64,000 nucleotides of DNA, taken from assembly GCA_964016885.1 (NCBI GenBank), contig OZ024740.1, forward strand, positions 379,812,001-379,876,000. Direction: 5' to 3'. Under the pieces are notes generated by a model. The model was not told the origin of the DNA and made no database searches. It saw only the letters and a program-made list of their open reading frames with translations. The translations under genes and the position numbers were made by a program. Of this stretch, positions 41,168-55,824 are shown piece after piece. Every line of letters begins with the position of its first letter. Within the stretch, counting starts at the first letter, position 1. This DNA is from Eledone cirrhosa (taxonomy: Eukaryota).

Positions 41168-43131
41168 TATCCTAAAGTTAAAGACAAAGAAGGAGGACTC
41201 TATTTTCAATGATAAAATAAAATATCGCAGGGGTATATTTCAGGGAGTCTCTCTGTGATATTATTCATCCTGTCATTAAACCCCTTGTCCTTTCTGCTCA
41301 AGAAATGTGAAGGATACATCATTGGCTCATCTGAACCTCTATGACAAGAACATTGATGGGATGAAGAAAAATCTTGACCTGGTTACAACATTCTCAAAGG
41401 ATATAGGAATGGAGTTTGGCCAAGATAAAAGCTCATATATAACTGTAAAGCGGGGAAAAACAACAACCCAATCTAGCAACATTGTTATCAATGGCCTAAC
41501 CGTTTCACCGATATTTGATGAGGACTGCTACAGATACCTGGGGATACATGAGAACATATCCTATAATGGTATCTGCAATAAGGAACGCGTAACCAGGGAA
41601 TACTAAACCCGATTAAGAAAGATATGGTAATCGGAACTCTCTGCGCAAAACAAAATAGTGGCTCACGATATGTTTGCTGTGCCTGTCCTAACACCAACGT
41701 TTGGAATACTCAATTGGACGATAGACGAAATCCAAGCGATTCGTGTTAGAACTCGAAAAATACTAAACAACACCGGAAACTTCCACATCAATAGTGATAT
41801 AGACCTCCTTTACTTGAAACGTAAGCAGGGAGGCAGAGGCCTAACATCAGTCCAGACAGAATTTGAATGTCGCATCATATACCTCCGACAACATCTACGA
41901 ACCTTGAAGCGTAGGAGCCCGTCTCTCGAGCAAGTCTATCTGAATGAAACAAATAAGATCATGAGAGTTGGGAAGGAACGCTTCGAGATATATTCCCTGT
42001 GTGATAATCAAAAACTCACACCCAGGGAAGTCGCTCAACAGTATCGCAGTGAATCCATGGATGAAAAACTGCTTGCTTATCAGCAAAAAACCCTGCATGG
42101 ATATGTTGCCAGGAAACTCCAGAGTAAGAGTAATATAGATAAAGAAAGTAATCTATCTTGGACCAACAACCGCTATATTGGCTCCCACTTTGAAGGATAC
42201 GCTTTTGCAATCCAAGAACAGGAAATCAACACGAAATACCTGATTCACAAAAGAGATAGGGATGCAGGCAAAACACCTAGATGTGATAAAAAGTGCAGAC
42301 TCTGAAGAATTAGCATCGAAGATGGCACCCATGTCATAAGCATCTGTTCAAAGATGTCATCGCGGTACTATCTACCTATGAGGCATGATGTAGTGGCCCA
42401 AACACTGTACAATGCAATCCGTAGAAAAGATAGCCCCGATAATAAACACATTAAAAGCTACAGCAATGTGGAAGACATACATAAACATAATATGAAAGAG
42501 TACTGGTGGCATGTTCCAGTAAAAACCCCAATAAAATTCAGGTATAACAGACCAGATATTAAGATATGGGAGAGGGGAAAGAAGGCATGCACAGTAAGTA
42601 GTGGAAGTTAGCTGTCCAGCAGATGCCAATATAATATTAAAGATTAGCGAAAAGGAGAATATTTATGCAGAGCTGATGAGAAATTTGCAGATACTCCACC
42701 CTGATTATACTGTCAGATTAATGCCTGTGATTATTGGGGCACTGGGATATGTTAGTAACTGCCTCAATACAAATCTTGAGAATCTGGGCTTCGCAGGAAC
42801 ATAAAGAACAAGGTTTGGAAATTACAAGTGCAATCCATTAATGGAACAGTAAAAATATGTAAAACATTCCAAAGATTTTGCATCTAATAACAGCATATAC
42901 ACATGTACAGAAACTAAGCATGCACACATACAACTCAAAACATTCACATCTACATATACAATAACATCCATATCTACACATGCATGCATGCAGACATGCA
43001 TACATATCTACCTAGTTGATGTTGTGTAAATTCCAATGAGAGAGTCTTGTGTCTATGTTAGAAACCGACTCTCTCTCTATTGGCAAACATTTGTGAAATT
43101 ATAAAACCAGAAGAACATACATACATACATA
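41168..43131 (+). mobile_element. R4/Dong-like LINE, 5'-truncated (RT C-terminal half, zinc knuckle, RLE) with (CATA)n tail
   Basis: Motifs RGIFQG..LFILSLNPLS, FSKDIGMEFGQDK, YRYLGI, KRKQGGRGL, AIQEQEINTK, CRL..HVISIC, RHDVVA, YNRPDI and PVIIGALG. Stops and frameshifts present. Confidence 0.9.
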
Positions 43132-43954
43132 TGAAACCTCAGAATTTCTGAGAAGATATATCATTAGAAGCATCTAGAGAAGAAACCTTCTGTATGTGAA
43201 CAATAAGTTAGGCTTGGTTTGTTTGTTATACAATCGAAAACGATATTAAAGTTGATAGATCTTCAAACATATCTGATAAAATAGTGAAATACCGAAGCTC
43301 TTAAACATACAAAATGTGAAAGAAACGGATAATTGTATTACAATTCTATAGGATTATATACTACGAGAATCTGCCTTAGAACGTCAAGACACGTGCATTA
43401 AATACAAGATAACGTTCTTGCTAAAATAATATACATCCAAAATGACAACACTAGATAAATATTAAAATATTACCGATGTTGGAAACATCCACATGTTTTA
43501 ACACTATTAGTGAAGTATTACTATGAAGATCTTTCCAAATGAAATCACAATAGAAGTAATATAGAAGTGTTTAAAATAAACAACAAACAATGTACATCTT
43601 TGGAGGTTAGTGAAAAGAACATTTATAGACAACTATTTTGTAACCTATAACTCATTCCCCCTGTTATATCATATATTCAAGTAATCATTAAAGTCCATTA
43701 CTAACAATTTAAGAAACGATATAAAATTGAGGTCTTCAGATAAATTAAGGATGGTCTAACACGTGATCTTTGAATAGAGTGTATGATAGTAAATAAGGTA
43801 AAACCTTTCTAATGTTTAATATGTACATCTATACCTTAGTTGCTGTAGGACTTTAATGACAGGGCTTTATTTCTGAAGAACTAACGTTTCAATTGATGAT
43901 AAAAAAGAACGCACATACACACATATACGTACATTCGTACATACGTAGATACAC

Positions 43955-43985
43955 ACAGACAGACAGATAGACACACACACACACA

Positions 43986-44070
<85 letters not shown>
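43955..44070. repeat. (CA)n microsatellite
   Basis: Read directly from the sequence. Confidence 0.95.
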
Positions 44071-44072
<2 letters not shown>

Positions 44073-44471
44073 TTGACTCGAACTCAGCACATTACTGGTA
44101 CTTATTTCATCAACTCATTACTGGTACTTATTTCATCAACTCATTTTTATTCCACTGAATTTTGTAAACATTACATAACATTCAATCATGTGTACAATAA
44201 TTTCCAGCTCATTGCTGCACTTTTAGTGCATATATCGATTTCATATATTAGTATAAATATACAAATATAGAGGAGAGGAACGGAGTCGATTGAATCAATT
44301 CCAGTACATGTAGGTCGTTGCTACTTACTTTATCGATCGTAGGTAGTCGGGTATGTGAAAAATAAAATCTACCACGATGGGATTTTAATTTAGAACGTAG
44401 TATAACAAAACTAAATGAAGTTATACATTCTGTTACATGCTTCACTCTTTCTATTTAATTACCCTCTCTGT

Positions 44472-44900
44472 GTTGTGGATTGGTAGAGTCAGTAAATCGT
44501 CGAACAAAATTATTACGACATGTCTGCCGGCCCTTTACGTTCTGCGTTCAAATCACACTGAGATCAACGTTGCTCTTTCATCCATCTGGGGCTGAAGAAT
44601 TAAAATGCCAGTCAAGTACTGGGGTCGATTTAATCACCTTACCTCTCTTTTAAATTGCTGGCTTTGTGTATTAATTAGAAAACATTATTTAACTAACCCC
44701 TCGTGTAGATGGATTATCAAAATCGGTAGAGCGTTGGACAAAATGCTTTGTGTTCTTTCTTCCGGTACTTTGCATTCTCAGCTCAAATCCCACTGTGGTC
44801 AACTTTGCCTTTCATCCTTTCGAGGTTGATGAAATAAAATACCAGTCAAGTACTAGGGTTTGACTTTGCCCTTCTTTCAATTGTGCCAATGTTAGAAATA
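44472..44900 (+). mobile_element. two tandem decayed SINEs related to family A; another near 45510-45645
   Basis: TGGTAGAGTC..GTTCAAATC..CTTTCATCC..CCAGTCAAGTACT occurs twice. Confidence 0.7.
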
Positions 44901-47365
44901 ATTATATAACACCATCCCCTTCATCACAATTATTTACGTTCTTGATCGACTACAATTTGCGTTACTATAATATTGCTGTGTGTATTTCTTTATATTTTGC
45001 GTTTTTTCTTTCATAAGATCAAATGTACATAAGAAAAGTTATGATTAATTAAATAAACTTCAATAAACTACATTTTGAATTTATTTTCATACGTATATTT
45101 GACACATGCTACCCATTGAAATAAAATATTTCTATCAGCTAGTGTAATATTAGTTTATAACGAAATGTTACCTCTATTTAAGTCGGTTGTTATTCCAGAC
45201 ATTTATTTTTAAATGTGATATATTTGTTTGTGTGTTTATTCTCAGTCGGTATAGATTTAATTTTTTTGTATTTAAATTGCCAATATTTGTTTTGTAAATT
45301 AGCCTTCTTCGTTTGTCACATATCAGTTGTCTGTAAAAATGTCTTTACTATCACATACAGAGACAATCATCAATCATGAAATCCTACAAAGATCAAATAC
45401 TCGAATAATAGCAGATATCGCCAAACAACACCTGATCCGCATTTCAGGATATGCGTTAAACCTGTGAAGACATCGATGCTCTGGTCACCACCAAATATTT
45501 TAATTTTCCCTTGGCAGTGAATTGGGTGAGCCTTTTAGATCACCGGATAGAATGCTTGGCAGGATTCGTTCCGGCTTTCAAATTTCACCGAGGTAAACTT
45601 TGCTTTCCATTATTTAAAGATTCATAAGTAAAGTACCAATTCACTGGAAGAAATCGGCTGTGTTCAAACCTGGAGACGGGTGGATACCGTCAGGTTTAAA
45701 ATGCCCCCACTACTCTAACAGGAGATACAGGTTCATACATATATAATATCGTCTTATGAATATATGAATGTGTGCTAATGCAACATTAATTTGCAAGTTA
45801 AAATCTAAAAATATGTTGGCATTATACCAGTGAGGACATTTGGATAAAGTAACGTACAATCAACTGAGAGGTGATAGTTTGTATTTTGTCACCAAAACCG
45901 TTGTTTTTGTTGTCAATATATTCTAAAAGAGTCGTGACCATACAGCTAAATAAAGATAAAAGTAGCAGCGTGAGTGCTATAAAATTCAAGTTCATTAGCT
46001 CGTGGTACTGAATTCAATTCCTCCCATCCAGTAAAGCTTGAAAGAAATAGGTTCAGCTATGCTATTTTGCACACGATACGCTTTATAAAAATGGCGTCTT
46101 CAGTGATACGTAATGAATGCAATATGCTAGGGATCGTCACACACATACTAATGGATAATTCAGTTTCTTTCTCATATATATGATATACAAAACAAAATAG
46201 GATAATAAGTTAAAAGTAACACAATTTCCGCTCAGTTAAAAAGTGATATTTTGTATATTTGGATGCATGAAAGCCAATGTTGATCGCAATGCTACTTCAA
46301 GTGAGGATACTAAAATAAATACAGCTCTGCTGTTTATAGTTTCTGAACGACATTAGTTACTTGAATAGCTATTAATCAATCAATAGAACGCGCTCTATCC
46401 CCCAACCGGCTGCAAATTCATTATTGTATGAATCCGGCAATTGTACAATCACCACAGCAAACTCTCGTTTTCATGCATATGTACGAATTAGTTAAACATA
46501 CCATACTTTTAAAAGCATATCAATGAGAACGAAAAAAAGAAAAGATAATAAACACTTATTAGTCTTTTAACTGCAAATTGTAATGTTATGTTTTTTTTCT
46601 CAGACACACGCAGCGTAAAATATATTTGTTAGAACGACAGTATAGAGATTATCAGGCTTTTGGCAAGTATTTTAAAATAGCCATATTCTCTGATATTAAC
46701 AAATAATTCAAATATAACTCATCGTCGGTGATACACAAGAATGATTTAACTTCAAGCCATCCTCGGCGATACTCAAAAATAATTTAACTATGACATATCT
46801 TCTGCAAAGTCAGATACAATAACTATCTCGATTGACCTGATAACCAGCAACTTCTAAAGAGTTGTAAAACTGCGTCATATTTTTACATTGATAAATCGTG
46901 CTACCATCATGTCGCGTAGGTGGCACTAAATTTATAAATGTGTCAGCTTTCTTCTCATTGACTTTCCAATATAGATTTTATACTAGTATCTGTTTGATCT
47001 TTGCAACTATTTATTTTGGTTATCAGCTGTTTCCATTCTATTCTATCCAACAGCTGTGTTTTTTCTATTCTCTTCGTGCTTAAAAGCATTTTTCAATATA
47101 CGAGACATGTATTGAATCAAAAGCATTTCTGATGACAAATAAACCTAGTCTATTCGCGGTTTGAAAAAGCTAAAGGAAATAAAAAAAGGAAAAATATATA
47201 TATATAAATCATTAAGAAATAAAGTACTTTGTCTTTATCCTCTGTAGCTTGATGCAGTAATAGGTTTTTAGACAAACCAATGCACATATTGTCTTTAATC
47301 AGATTTACAAAGATAGCTGAAATCATATTCCTTACATCTGCTTTGAGGAACTTATGCATGTCACA

Positions 47366-47366
<1 letters not shown>

Positions 47367-47407
<41 letters not shown>

Positions 47408-47438
47408 ACATGCATATATACATACATATACATATATT

Positions 47439-47478
<40 letters not shown>
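47367..47478. repeat. (CA)n/(TA)n microsatellite
   Basis: Read directly from the sequence. Confidence 0.9.
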
Positions 47479-47480
<2 letters not shown>

Positions 47481-48312
47481 AGAGAGGGGGAGAGAGGGGT
47501 GCATGTGCATATGAAAACATATATAAATATATATAATACGTTTATATACAATAAACATATTGGTAGCCTCGCTGCAGAAGAAAAATATTTTTTCGCAACT
47601 TAATTTATTTTCCTCTATTTGCCTCTGTGAGTACGCCACAGAGTTACCAGTACGTCTCGAGAATTTTATACAGCGTTGTATCAAGATTTGTTAATCTTTC
47701 ATCAGTGGCACTTACTCAATCCGTACTGGCATCGTCTTGTATAAGATTAATTAGGATTAATTATGTACTGTCACCTCTCACAAAGAGGAAACTCAATGTA
47801 TCTGTAGAGTAAAGATTTATTGCGGGAATTAGATGGTTTAATGTCCCAATGTAATTAGTGATTTCATCTTGGATCGGTATCTTCTGACTGGTGACGTAGT
47901 AGGAAAAGTATATTATATTTATCGGTGGCTGGTTTGCTTGCAGTTATTTGTATTGTGTGTGGTAAAGTGTCAGTTGGTTTCTGTGGTGAGAGGGGTATTT
48001 TGTTTTCATATTTTTGTTTTTATCTGTTTTAAATGATGTTTGTGTTTAGCTATTTGTGAATGTGTTCGCGTTGGTGTATGTTAGTTTGAATATCAGAGAT
48101 TTATTGTCATAAAAGAGATATATTCAAACGATTTGTTTTTCGGCCAGTTTTTGGGGTAGGCATTAAAGAATGTAAAAAAGAAATTGTTAAATCTAAAAAC
48201 ATTCACACAAACACGGAGAGGAACACGGACGGATTTTGTGAGCATGACGTACATACACACATTACACACATGCAAATAAATATGCGCATAGTGACCAATG
48301 TATATATATATA

Positions 48313-49188
48313 TGAAAAGTAACGGGTCTGGTGTGACAAACAATTTATTTCAATTCCAAACAGCAAACTACATGGGTTCCCCTTCGAATCTAATGCACTT
48401 TTCTATCCTTCTCTGCCACACTTCTATGTATTGCTAGAAGGATTCTTCTGGGATGACCCTCAGCTCCTTCGTTATGGCCCTTTTGGTGGCCTCCAGACCT
48501 TCAAAATGGGTTCATTTGATGACCTCCTTGAGCTTGGGGAAAAGAAAAAGAGCAAAATCAGGTGAACAAGGAGGTTTTTCCAGTAAGGCGATGTTTCTCT
48601 CGGCCAGTAACTGCCGGGTGCTCAGGGCGTTGTGAGCCGGCGGTGTTTATTATGCCCGAATCTTTGGTGATAATCTTCCAAACATTGTTGCGATTCATGC
48701 CCAGCTCACTTGCGATCAGTTATAGTCAGCCAGAATAGTCAGCCAATGATGGCCACGCACCACCTGCCTCACGCGCTCAATGTTGGCCTCAGTAATGCTT
48801 GTTGAAGGCTCCCGAGGTCGTCTTTCATGTCCTCGCTTCCTTTTAAACCTGTCGTGTCACTCGAAAATCCATGAGCGCGATATCATCTCATCTACGTTCA
48901 CCTGCTGCAGTATTCCGAGTGCTGCTGACGGAATTTCCCCCAGCCGCACCTGAATCTTCAGGTTGGTTCGTTGCTCTCTGCTTATCGCTCGAGGGCCTAA
49001 AATTGAGTAGCTGTTAACAAAATCACGCCCCACCCCCACCCCAACAAATACAATGACTGCAGAGAGCTGAGATCACAGTTATATACTCCCCGGATATCAC
49101 ATCAGACGTCGACACAATCCATTAATCCTTACTCCACTCATAGCTCACACATCACACTAAGTCCTGTTACTTTTCAGGCACTCCTCGG
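48313..49188 (-). mobile_element. non-autonomous/decayed mariner element
   Basis: Inverted ends TGAAAAGTAACGGGTCT (48313) and AGTCCTGTTACTTTTCAGGCACTCCTCG (49160-49188). Minus-strand EQRTNLK..LQQV..SRSWIFE*HDRFK..PSTSITEANIERVRQVV. Confidence 0.83.
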
Positions 49189-49440
49189 GTTTCGATCTCA
49201 TTGCCTGTCATCTTGGGCATGTGTCTTTAAATATATCTTCGGTTCAATACAAGCCTTGTGACTGAAATCCGACGGATGGAAACTGTGTTTAAGACAGTTA
49301 AATGGTTTCTACCTGTAATTAAAACACATGGATTAGATTGCGACACAGTACTCAGCCACTTACATGTTAAAGTAGAAAGTAGGTAGTTTAAGTGATCGAA
49401 CTCCTGGATTAGCCAACGTCGAAACCGACGGAAGATCTAT

Positions 49441-49541
49441 TTCCTCCTCCTCCTCCTGCTGTTGCTACTACTACTACCACCACCACCACCACCACCACCA
49501 CCACCACCACCACCACCACCACCACCACCACCACCACCACC

Positions 49542-49603
<62 letters not shown>

Positions 49604-49722
49604 CCCCACCCCCCACCCCCACCCCACCACCACCACCCCTCCCCCTCCCCACCACCACCACCACCACCACCACCACCACCACCACCACCACCACCACCAC
49701 CACCACCACCACCACCACCACC

Positions 49723-49798
<76 letters not shown>

Positions 49799-49810
49799 AA
49801 ACCACCATTA
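49441..49810. repeat. compound trinucleotide microsatellite (CCT)/(CTA)/(CCA)
   Basis: Read directly from the sequence. Confidence 0.97.
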
Positions 49811-50019
49811 CACACAGTTCCCCATCACTCATTATATTGTTTGCTTTGAATAATATATATCGACCAGGATGTCACATCTTGCAATGTTGGTATTTCCGTT
49901 AGTTCTGCTGAATTAGGACAAGACTCGACCTTTTTATGAAAACAAACAAAATAATGGTATTTAGTTTAAAGCCCAATGCCATGAAATGAGTATTCAAGTG
50001 TATATTAACTCAACGAATA

Positions 50020-50059
50020 ACACCACCGCCACCACCATCACTACCACCACTACCACCAT

Positions 50060-50118
<59 letters not shown>
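50020..50118. repeat. (CCA)/(CTA)n microsatellite
   Basis: Read directly from the sequence. Confidence 0.95.
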
Positions 50119-50119
<1 letters not shown>

Positions 50120-53069
50120 AATTTTGCACTACAATGTAATTTTGTGTTGCAGATTAATGATTTGCGATACAGATTAATGATATAGTGTAGTGCAGTAATA
50201 TAGGCATTGTGTAGTGTGTATTGCATAAACCCTTACAGAAAAAGTTAAAGGTCAACATTTGGAAAACATCTCGGGGAGCATTTTTAATTGGAGTAAAATA
50301 TCGAAAATGTGGGATTATTGGAGTAAAATATTCACTTTATTGTAAAATATCGAAAATGTGGGATTATTTTTTCGAGATGGCATTCTCGTTTACTCGAAGT
50401 ATCACGGAAGTCGTGTCAAGAAGTAGTTCTGTTATTTAAGCTTTTAACATGCAAATGTCATAAAGTTGGATATTCTAAATGCGCGCGCATCTATCTATAT
50501 ATAGTTTATTATATGGAACTGTTCAACATAGATTATGATGAGAAAATCCGTTCGAAAAAGCGGAAATCGAATGTTAGAAGAAATAAGGGAAAAAATATCC
50601 AATTCTATTCGATCTTCCGTTCAAATAAGTAGAAAAATGGCTATACAGTCCCATTATCAAGATCTCAACAAAATGCTGAAGTTTATCTGCCTTTAACTGT
50701 GAACATCTTTATTAGTTCTATCTGACAGAAGTCATTTTCCTTCTTCCAGCTCAAATTTTAAGTATCACAGAAAGGTAAATGAAAACAAACAAAAAAAGCA
50801 AAAAATAAAATAGAAAATAAAAATAAAACAAAAATAAACAAACAGTTGAATGGAGCATGCTTATAACAAATCTGGACGCCTTTCGCCCAATATAATGGCA
50901 TTCTTATACTTACTAAAACACTAATAAGACAGAATTGAAAGTGAATAAATACATTGAATAACTGTTGATAAGTCAGTAATTAGGAAATGCTTTTAATTCT
51001 GAAAAATGTTTTGTTTTTCATTCAAAGTGGTTCTTTTCTATCGAAGTTTTAAATGATTTCTAAAACTTTTAAATCTAACCGTTACACATTTTGACCGTTG
51101 TCAGTTAGGATTTTATGGGGATTTCATAAATATAACCAGATAATGAGATGACAGTATGTAGATAACTGGTTTGAGCACATACTGAACCATTTTATCTTAT
51201 TTATTCCCCACTCCTTGTATTTACTGATAGTAGACGAGAGATAAAATACGCTACCCCGTGACATATTTGTATGAAGACAAAACATTTGGTGATAATTCAA
51301 TGACTCATAAAGGGCTAGGAGACATTCATCTGCGACATAATAATACTTTATAGTCTAATACAACTTAGTTACATAGCATGTAGATGTATGTTTAGTTTCA
51401 CGTCAGCACAGATCGAGCAGATCTTTGATCAAAGCAGCATGTACGACTAATAACCCAATATGCCGATTTCTTTCTTAAGATGAAAGAGTTTGATTTGAGG
51501 GAGATTTAGCTGCTTTTTCTAGTAGGTCAATCGACCAGTTGCTGTTTTTGTTTAGCTAATAATGCAGATCTTACAAAATATATATGAAAGGCATTCCAGT
51601 CGTGACCATCCAGGTGTATTTCGTATGCGCGAGGAACCTAGGACACACCCAATGTGGTCTCCTTTTAAGACATTAGGATGTGGTTTGAGAAAGATTTGGC
51701 TGCTCTGCTTATAATATCGAGTGGCCAGTACTTTTAGTCCGTGTAATATTAATATAAGGCTTCAAGAGACATTAAAAGATTGCTGCATTCGTTTTCTATG
51801 TAAGGTGCAAAATATTTTGTAGAAAATGCATACAACACTAAAACAAATTTATAGGGCTTTAGCACTCGTATCATAAACAGTGAGGCAACAAGAAATATAA
51901 TTTACTGGATACCGCTTTAGAATAAAAGATCAGTTGCATCATCATGTCTTTTGGAGACCTCAGTTAGAGAGGAAAGTCAAGCTCTCCTGTCATTGACATC
52001 AACAGAGATTATAAATTTCAAGATTATAGTGAGGAAATTAAGGATCGTATGTCATGGGAAGGAGTCGTGAGATCTGTTTCGACTGATTAACAAAATGATG
52101 ATGAATATTGATATTGATTTTTTAAAATTAACCTACAAGGGAGTAGTATAAACAATAGAATTAACACTGGGATATTACTGAATATTATTTTAGCGTTCTC
52201 TGACGGATAACATTCAAAGTTTATCCGGCGAACTCATAATGGCTAGGAATGATCCATCCGGTCCTCAACCATGATTTAAAAACTGACGGGTTTACAATAA
52301 CTAAAATATTTTCATTCTTTTCATTGGCATAATATCGCCAATGTATAAAGGAAGTGTATAATCAACGTAACTTAGTATATTACTGGTAGTCCTTTGATCA
52401 ATTGCCGAAGAAAGAATAGCAAATTTGATCCCGGAGTGAATGTAAAGGGAAACATCTATAGACTCTCTAAGCACAGTCATATCAGCAGCTGTAATATCTA
52501 TGACGATGGAGGTAGGTGGGATAGCAGATTGGTGGACTAGATGTACTTTTAAGTAGTAAGTTTCTATTTTGTGTTTAATTCTCACAGAAATCGATTTTAT
52601 TTTCCGTTTTGTGAAAGTGGATAATTAAGTACAAATGATAGCACGATATGGATTCAACCAATTACGCATTTTTACTTCTGTAAACTTAGCAAACGAGTTA
52701 GCCTTTATGGGATCGCTAGCTCTACTAGAAATAGCAGCCAAATTTTCCTCAAATCATATACTATCATTTCGAAAGCCCTTCAGTTTGAAAACATTGGGGA
52801 AAACTTGTCACATGGTGTCATGCTGACTCTACTTGAAAATAACGTTAATGTAACATGTGTTTCCAGTATACTTTGTGCACTAATTCAGCTGGAGGCTCAT
52901 ATGTTGTCCTTGGTGTGAGAGTCCTTCATATGAAACATATTCTCCAGTTGTAAGCCACCATCTACAAGCAGATCTTAGGACCGCTGATGGAGTCAAGTTC
53001 CTTAGACCTGTTGGTCTCCACATAGACGGACCCCTTGAGCGTAAAATACTTACTATCTGCTGCTTCTGC

Positions 53070-54070
53070 TCCTTCTTCTCCGAGTATGTAGACGATATCT
53101 TCATACTAACTTCATCGTGTGATGAGGCCGACAAAATATACGATAATTCAAAAACATTGACGAGAATATAATCTTGATAACAAGATCTCTCTCGCTATTC
53201 GATTTCACACTAAGAATAATAGAAAAGATATCTCTACACACTACATTCTATAGAAAGGAGGCATGCACAGACCTATTTGTGCACCACGATACTTCTCTAC
53301 TCTGCAGAGCCAAAAGGGCCTACGCGTGGCACGTGATATTCCGAATACACAACGGTTACCAAACATCTTTCAACAAACGCCAGGATGCCAAGATACCCGT
53401 AAGGAGAGACCCCCCCCAGCCCCAGGAGATAGCATATACTACTTACAACCGCTGTTCCTCAGTGAGAAAACCATTGCTACTATCTATCAAACAATCCTAA
53501 GGGAATGACTGAATATACAACTGGTACAATCAGAGCCTTCACTGTCCAAAACCAGATATATGCACACGCCTTAAGTGTCCAATCAACATTGCAGAGATGT
53601 GCATGAGATCATGTTTTATGCAAAGTCATTTCAACAAAGGTGACTCATAAATTGAAGGTATTATCCGGAAACTACACACACATTTCAAAGAACATACGGA
53701 CACATGTGAGTCTTCTGTCAAAAACTGTCCTCAAACATGCGACACCCGAGATACTGAGATCACCACAGAGACCACTGAGAGGAACATTGCTAATTTACGT
53801 CCCAAAGGTACCCTTCTTTTCATATAAATCTATTAATAACAGAAGATTTAAATTACATGGGGCCGACTGGCTACTGTGACTGGTCTGCGTATGTCACCTT
53901 TCTACGCACCGACCTTCAACTCCAGTTAGTCACATAACAAAGGATAACTCATAAGAACAAGACTCCCTGATTTTTCTTCATTTGATAAAGAGGTTCTAAC
54001 CTCAAAATATTATGAAATATAAAGTAAAAACTATTGCGTTGGTTTGTTCTCCTGACTTTACTCTACTCAA
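53070..54070 (+). mobile_element. decayed Penelope-like element (RT C-terminus and 3' end)
   Basis: FSEYVDDIFILTSS (YxDD motif) and SLFDFTLRI..TTFYRKEACTDLFVH. Decayed hammerhead-like motif at 53977-54016. Confidence 0.75.
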
Positions 54071-54199
54071 CTAGTAGTTATTCTTCGCATTCTACCGGCT
54101 TTCCAAATACATTCTTAACTACATATTTCACAAGGCTTCATTATTCATTTTTTGATGAAAAATGATGGAACTCCGAATATCCTTAGCTCAAACCATTAA

Positions 54200-55350
54200 A
54201 AACAGCACATCAAAATTGTACTAACGTTTGATGTTACAATACATGTTCCAAGCGATCCCCCATTTGAATCCATGCATTTTTTGAGCTGCATGGTGAAGTT
54301 TAGCATAACATCTTTACAAACAGATCTAGGGATGACTCTGATGTTTTCATTTAGTTCCGTGATGGTCGTGCCTTTTGTAACATATACCCTATCCTTCAGA
54401 TAGCCTCAAAGAAAGAAATCTGGAGGGATTAAATCATGGCTGTGTGGGGTCACACTCAAAATCAGTCTTCAAACTGATCACACAATTCCCAAAGTTATTT
54501 TTCAGTCATTCTCGCGACTCACTGGGGGTGTAAGGGCTTGTTCCATCTTGCGGAAACCTAAACGTACTCATTAGATATAGGTACATGATCTGTATCTGAT
54601 TTTTGAAATCTTTCAGGACCACCACATATAGTTTCTTTGTGACTGTAGCAGTGACACCATTTTCTTCGAAGAAGAAGAGACCAATCAACCCTCTCTCAGA
54701 AATGACTGCCCAGATAGTACATTTAGAGCTGTGGAGAGGTCTCAGCCACGTCAGTGTGTTTCTTTGACCGCAAATGGAACAAGTTATTTTTAGAGTTGCT
54801 TTTCACCTTTTAGTGAAAGTGGGCTTTATCAGTGGTTCGCAGCAAATTCAGAAAATATGGGTTGTTTACCCTCTTCTCCAGCCTTTCCTCAGCCATAGCC
54901 TTTCTCTTGGTCTTACCAGCTACAATGAGCATTTGTTAAGTTGGTATTCTGTAGGAGTACTTCTTATGGTCCTCTTTGACAACTCCTCTGCAAGTTTCTG
55001 TGGAGAGACTCAAGGACTGGCTTCTCCTTCACAACGATCATTTTGAGCTCTGTTCAATAGATTCTCGGATTATGTCAATAACATCTTGTGTTCACTTCCT
55101 GGGTCGTCCAGAGTGAGTCAGATTAGTGGTAGAGTCTCTACCCTACCATAGTTCTAAGGTTTCTTCACCCTGTTATATATTGGTTTGATCGGAGATTTGT
55201 CCGTTCAAAAAAATGTATGAAATTATTCTTGGACCTGTTTGTAGGAGCCACACATATAGTAGCGTTTCTCACAGAAAATCCGGTGCTGTAGCTGCCATTG
55301 GGGTCTTGTTTTTCCATCTGGCATGTCCTGAAACTTAAGCTACAAGGTTT
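54200..55350 (-). mobile_element. decayed Tc1/mariner-superfamily DDE transposase element
   Basis: WAVISERGLIGLFFFEENGVTATVT..FPQDGTSPYT, then a frameshifted remnant of the SPDLNPPDFFL.GYLKDRVY motif. Confidence 0.8.
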
Positions 55351-55368
55351 AGAAAATAAATGTACAAT

Positions 55369-55557
<189 letters not shown>

Positions 55558-55763
55558 ATCTCAAAATTATTTTTGAAAAGCATTTAGAAATGCGCAACCG
55601 GTAAAAACTTAAAAACTTAAAACCACAACTGAATACTAACCCATACAATCACTAATACTCTTTTATTCCTAATTAAACCATTTTTCAACTGTGAACAATT
55701 TGTCAGCATTTTCTATTCCGTTTACCAATATATAATAACTTGTGTGTTACACCTCTATTCTTT

Positions 55764-55824
<61 letters not shown>

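Noticed and set aside
39777-46662. Possible host exons at 39777-39885, 45361-45466 and 46604-46662
   Set aside because: Splice-like boundaries and short open frames exist. However, no protein is recognisable and the phases do not chain consistently, which is expected by chance in AT-rich DNA.
49409-49902. Poly-Pro/Thr/Val/Gly ORFs
   Set aside because: These are translations of trinucleotide microsatellites.
52301-52585. 94-aa minus-strand ORF in unique sequence
   Set aside because: No recognisable motif and no convincing splice sites.
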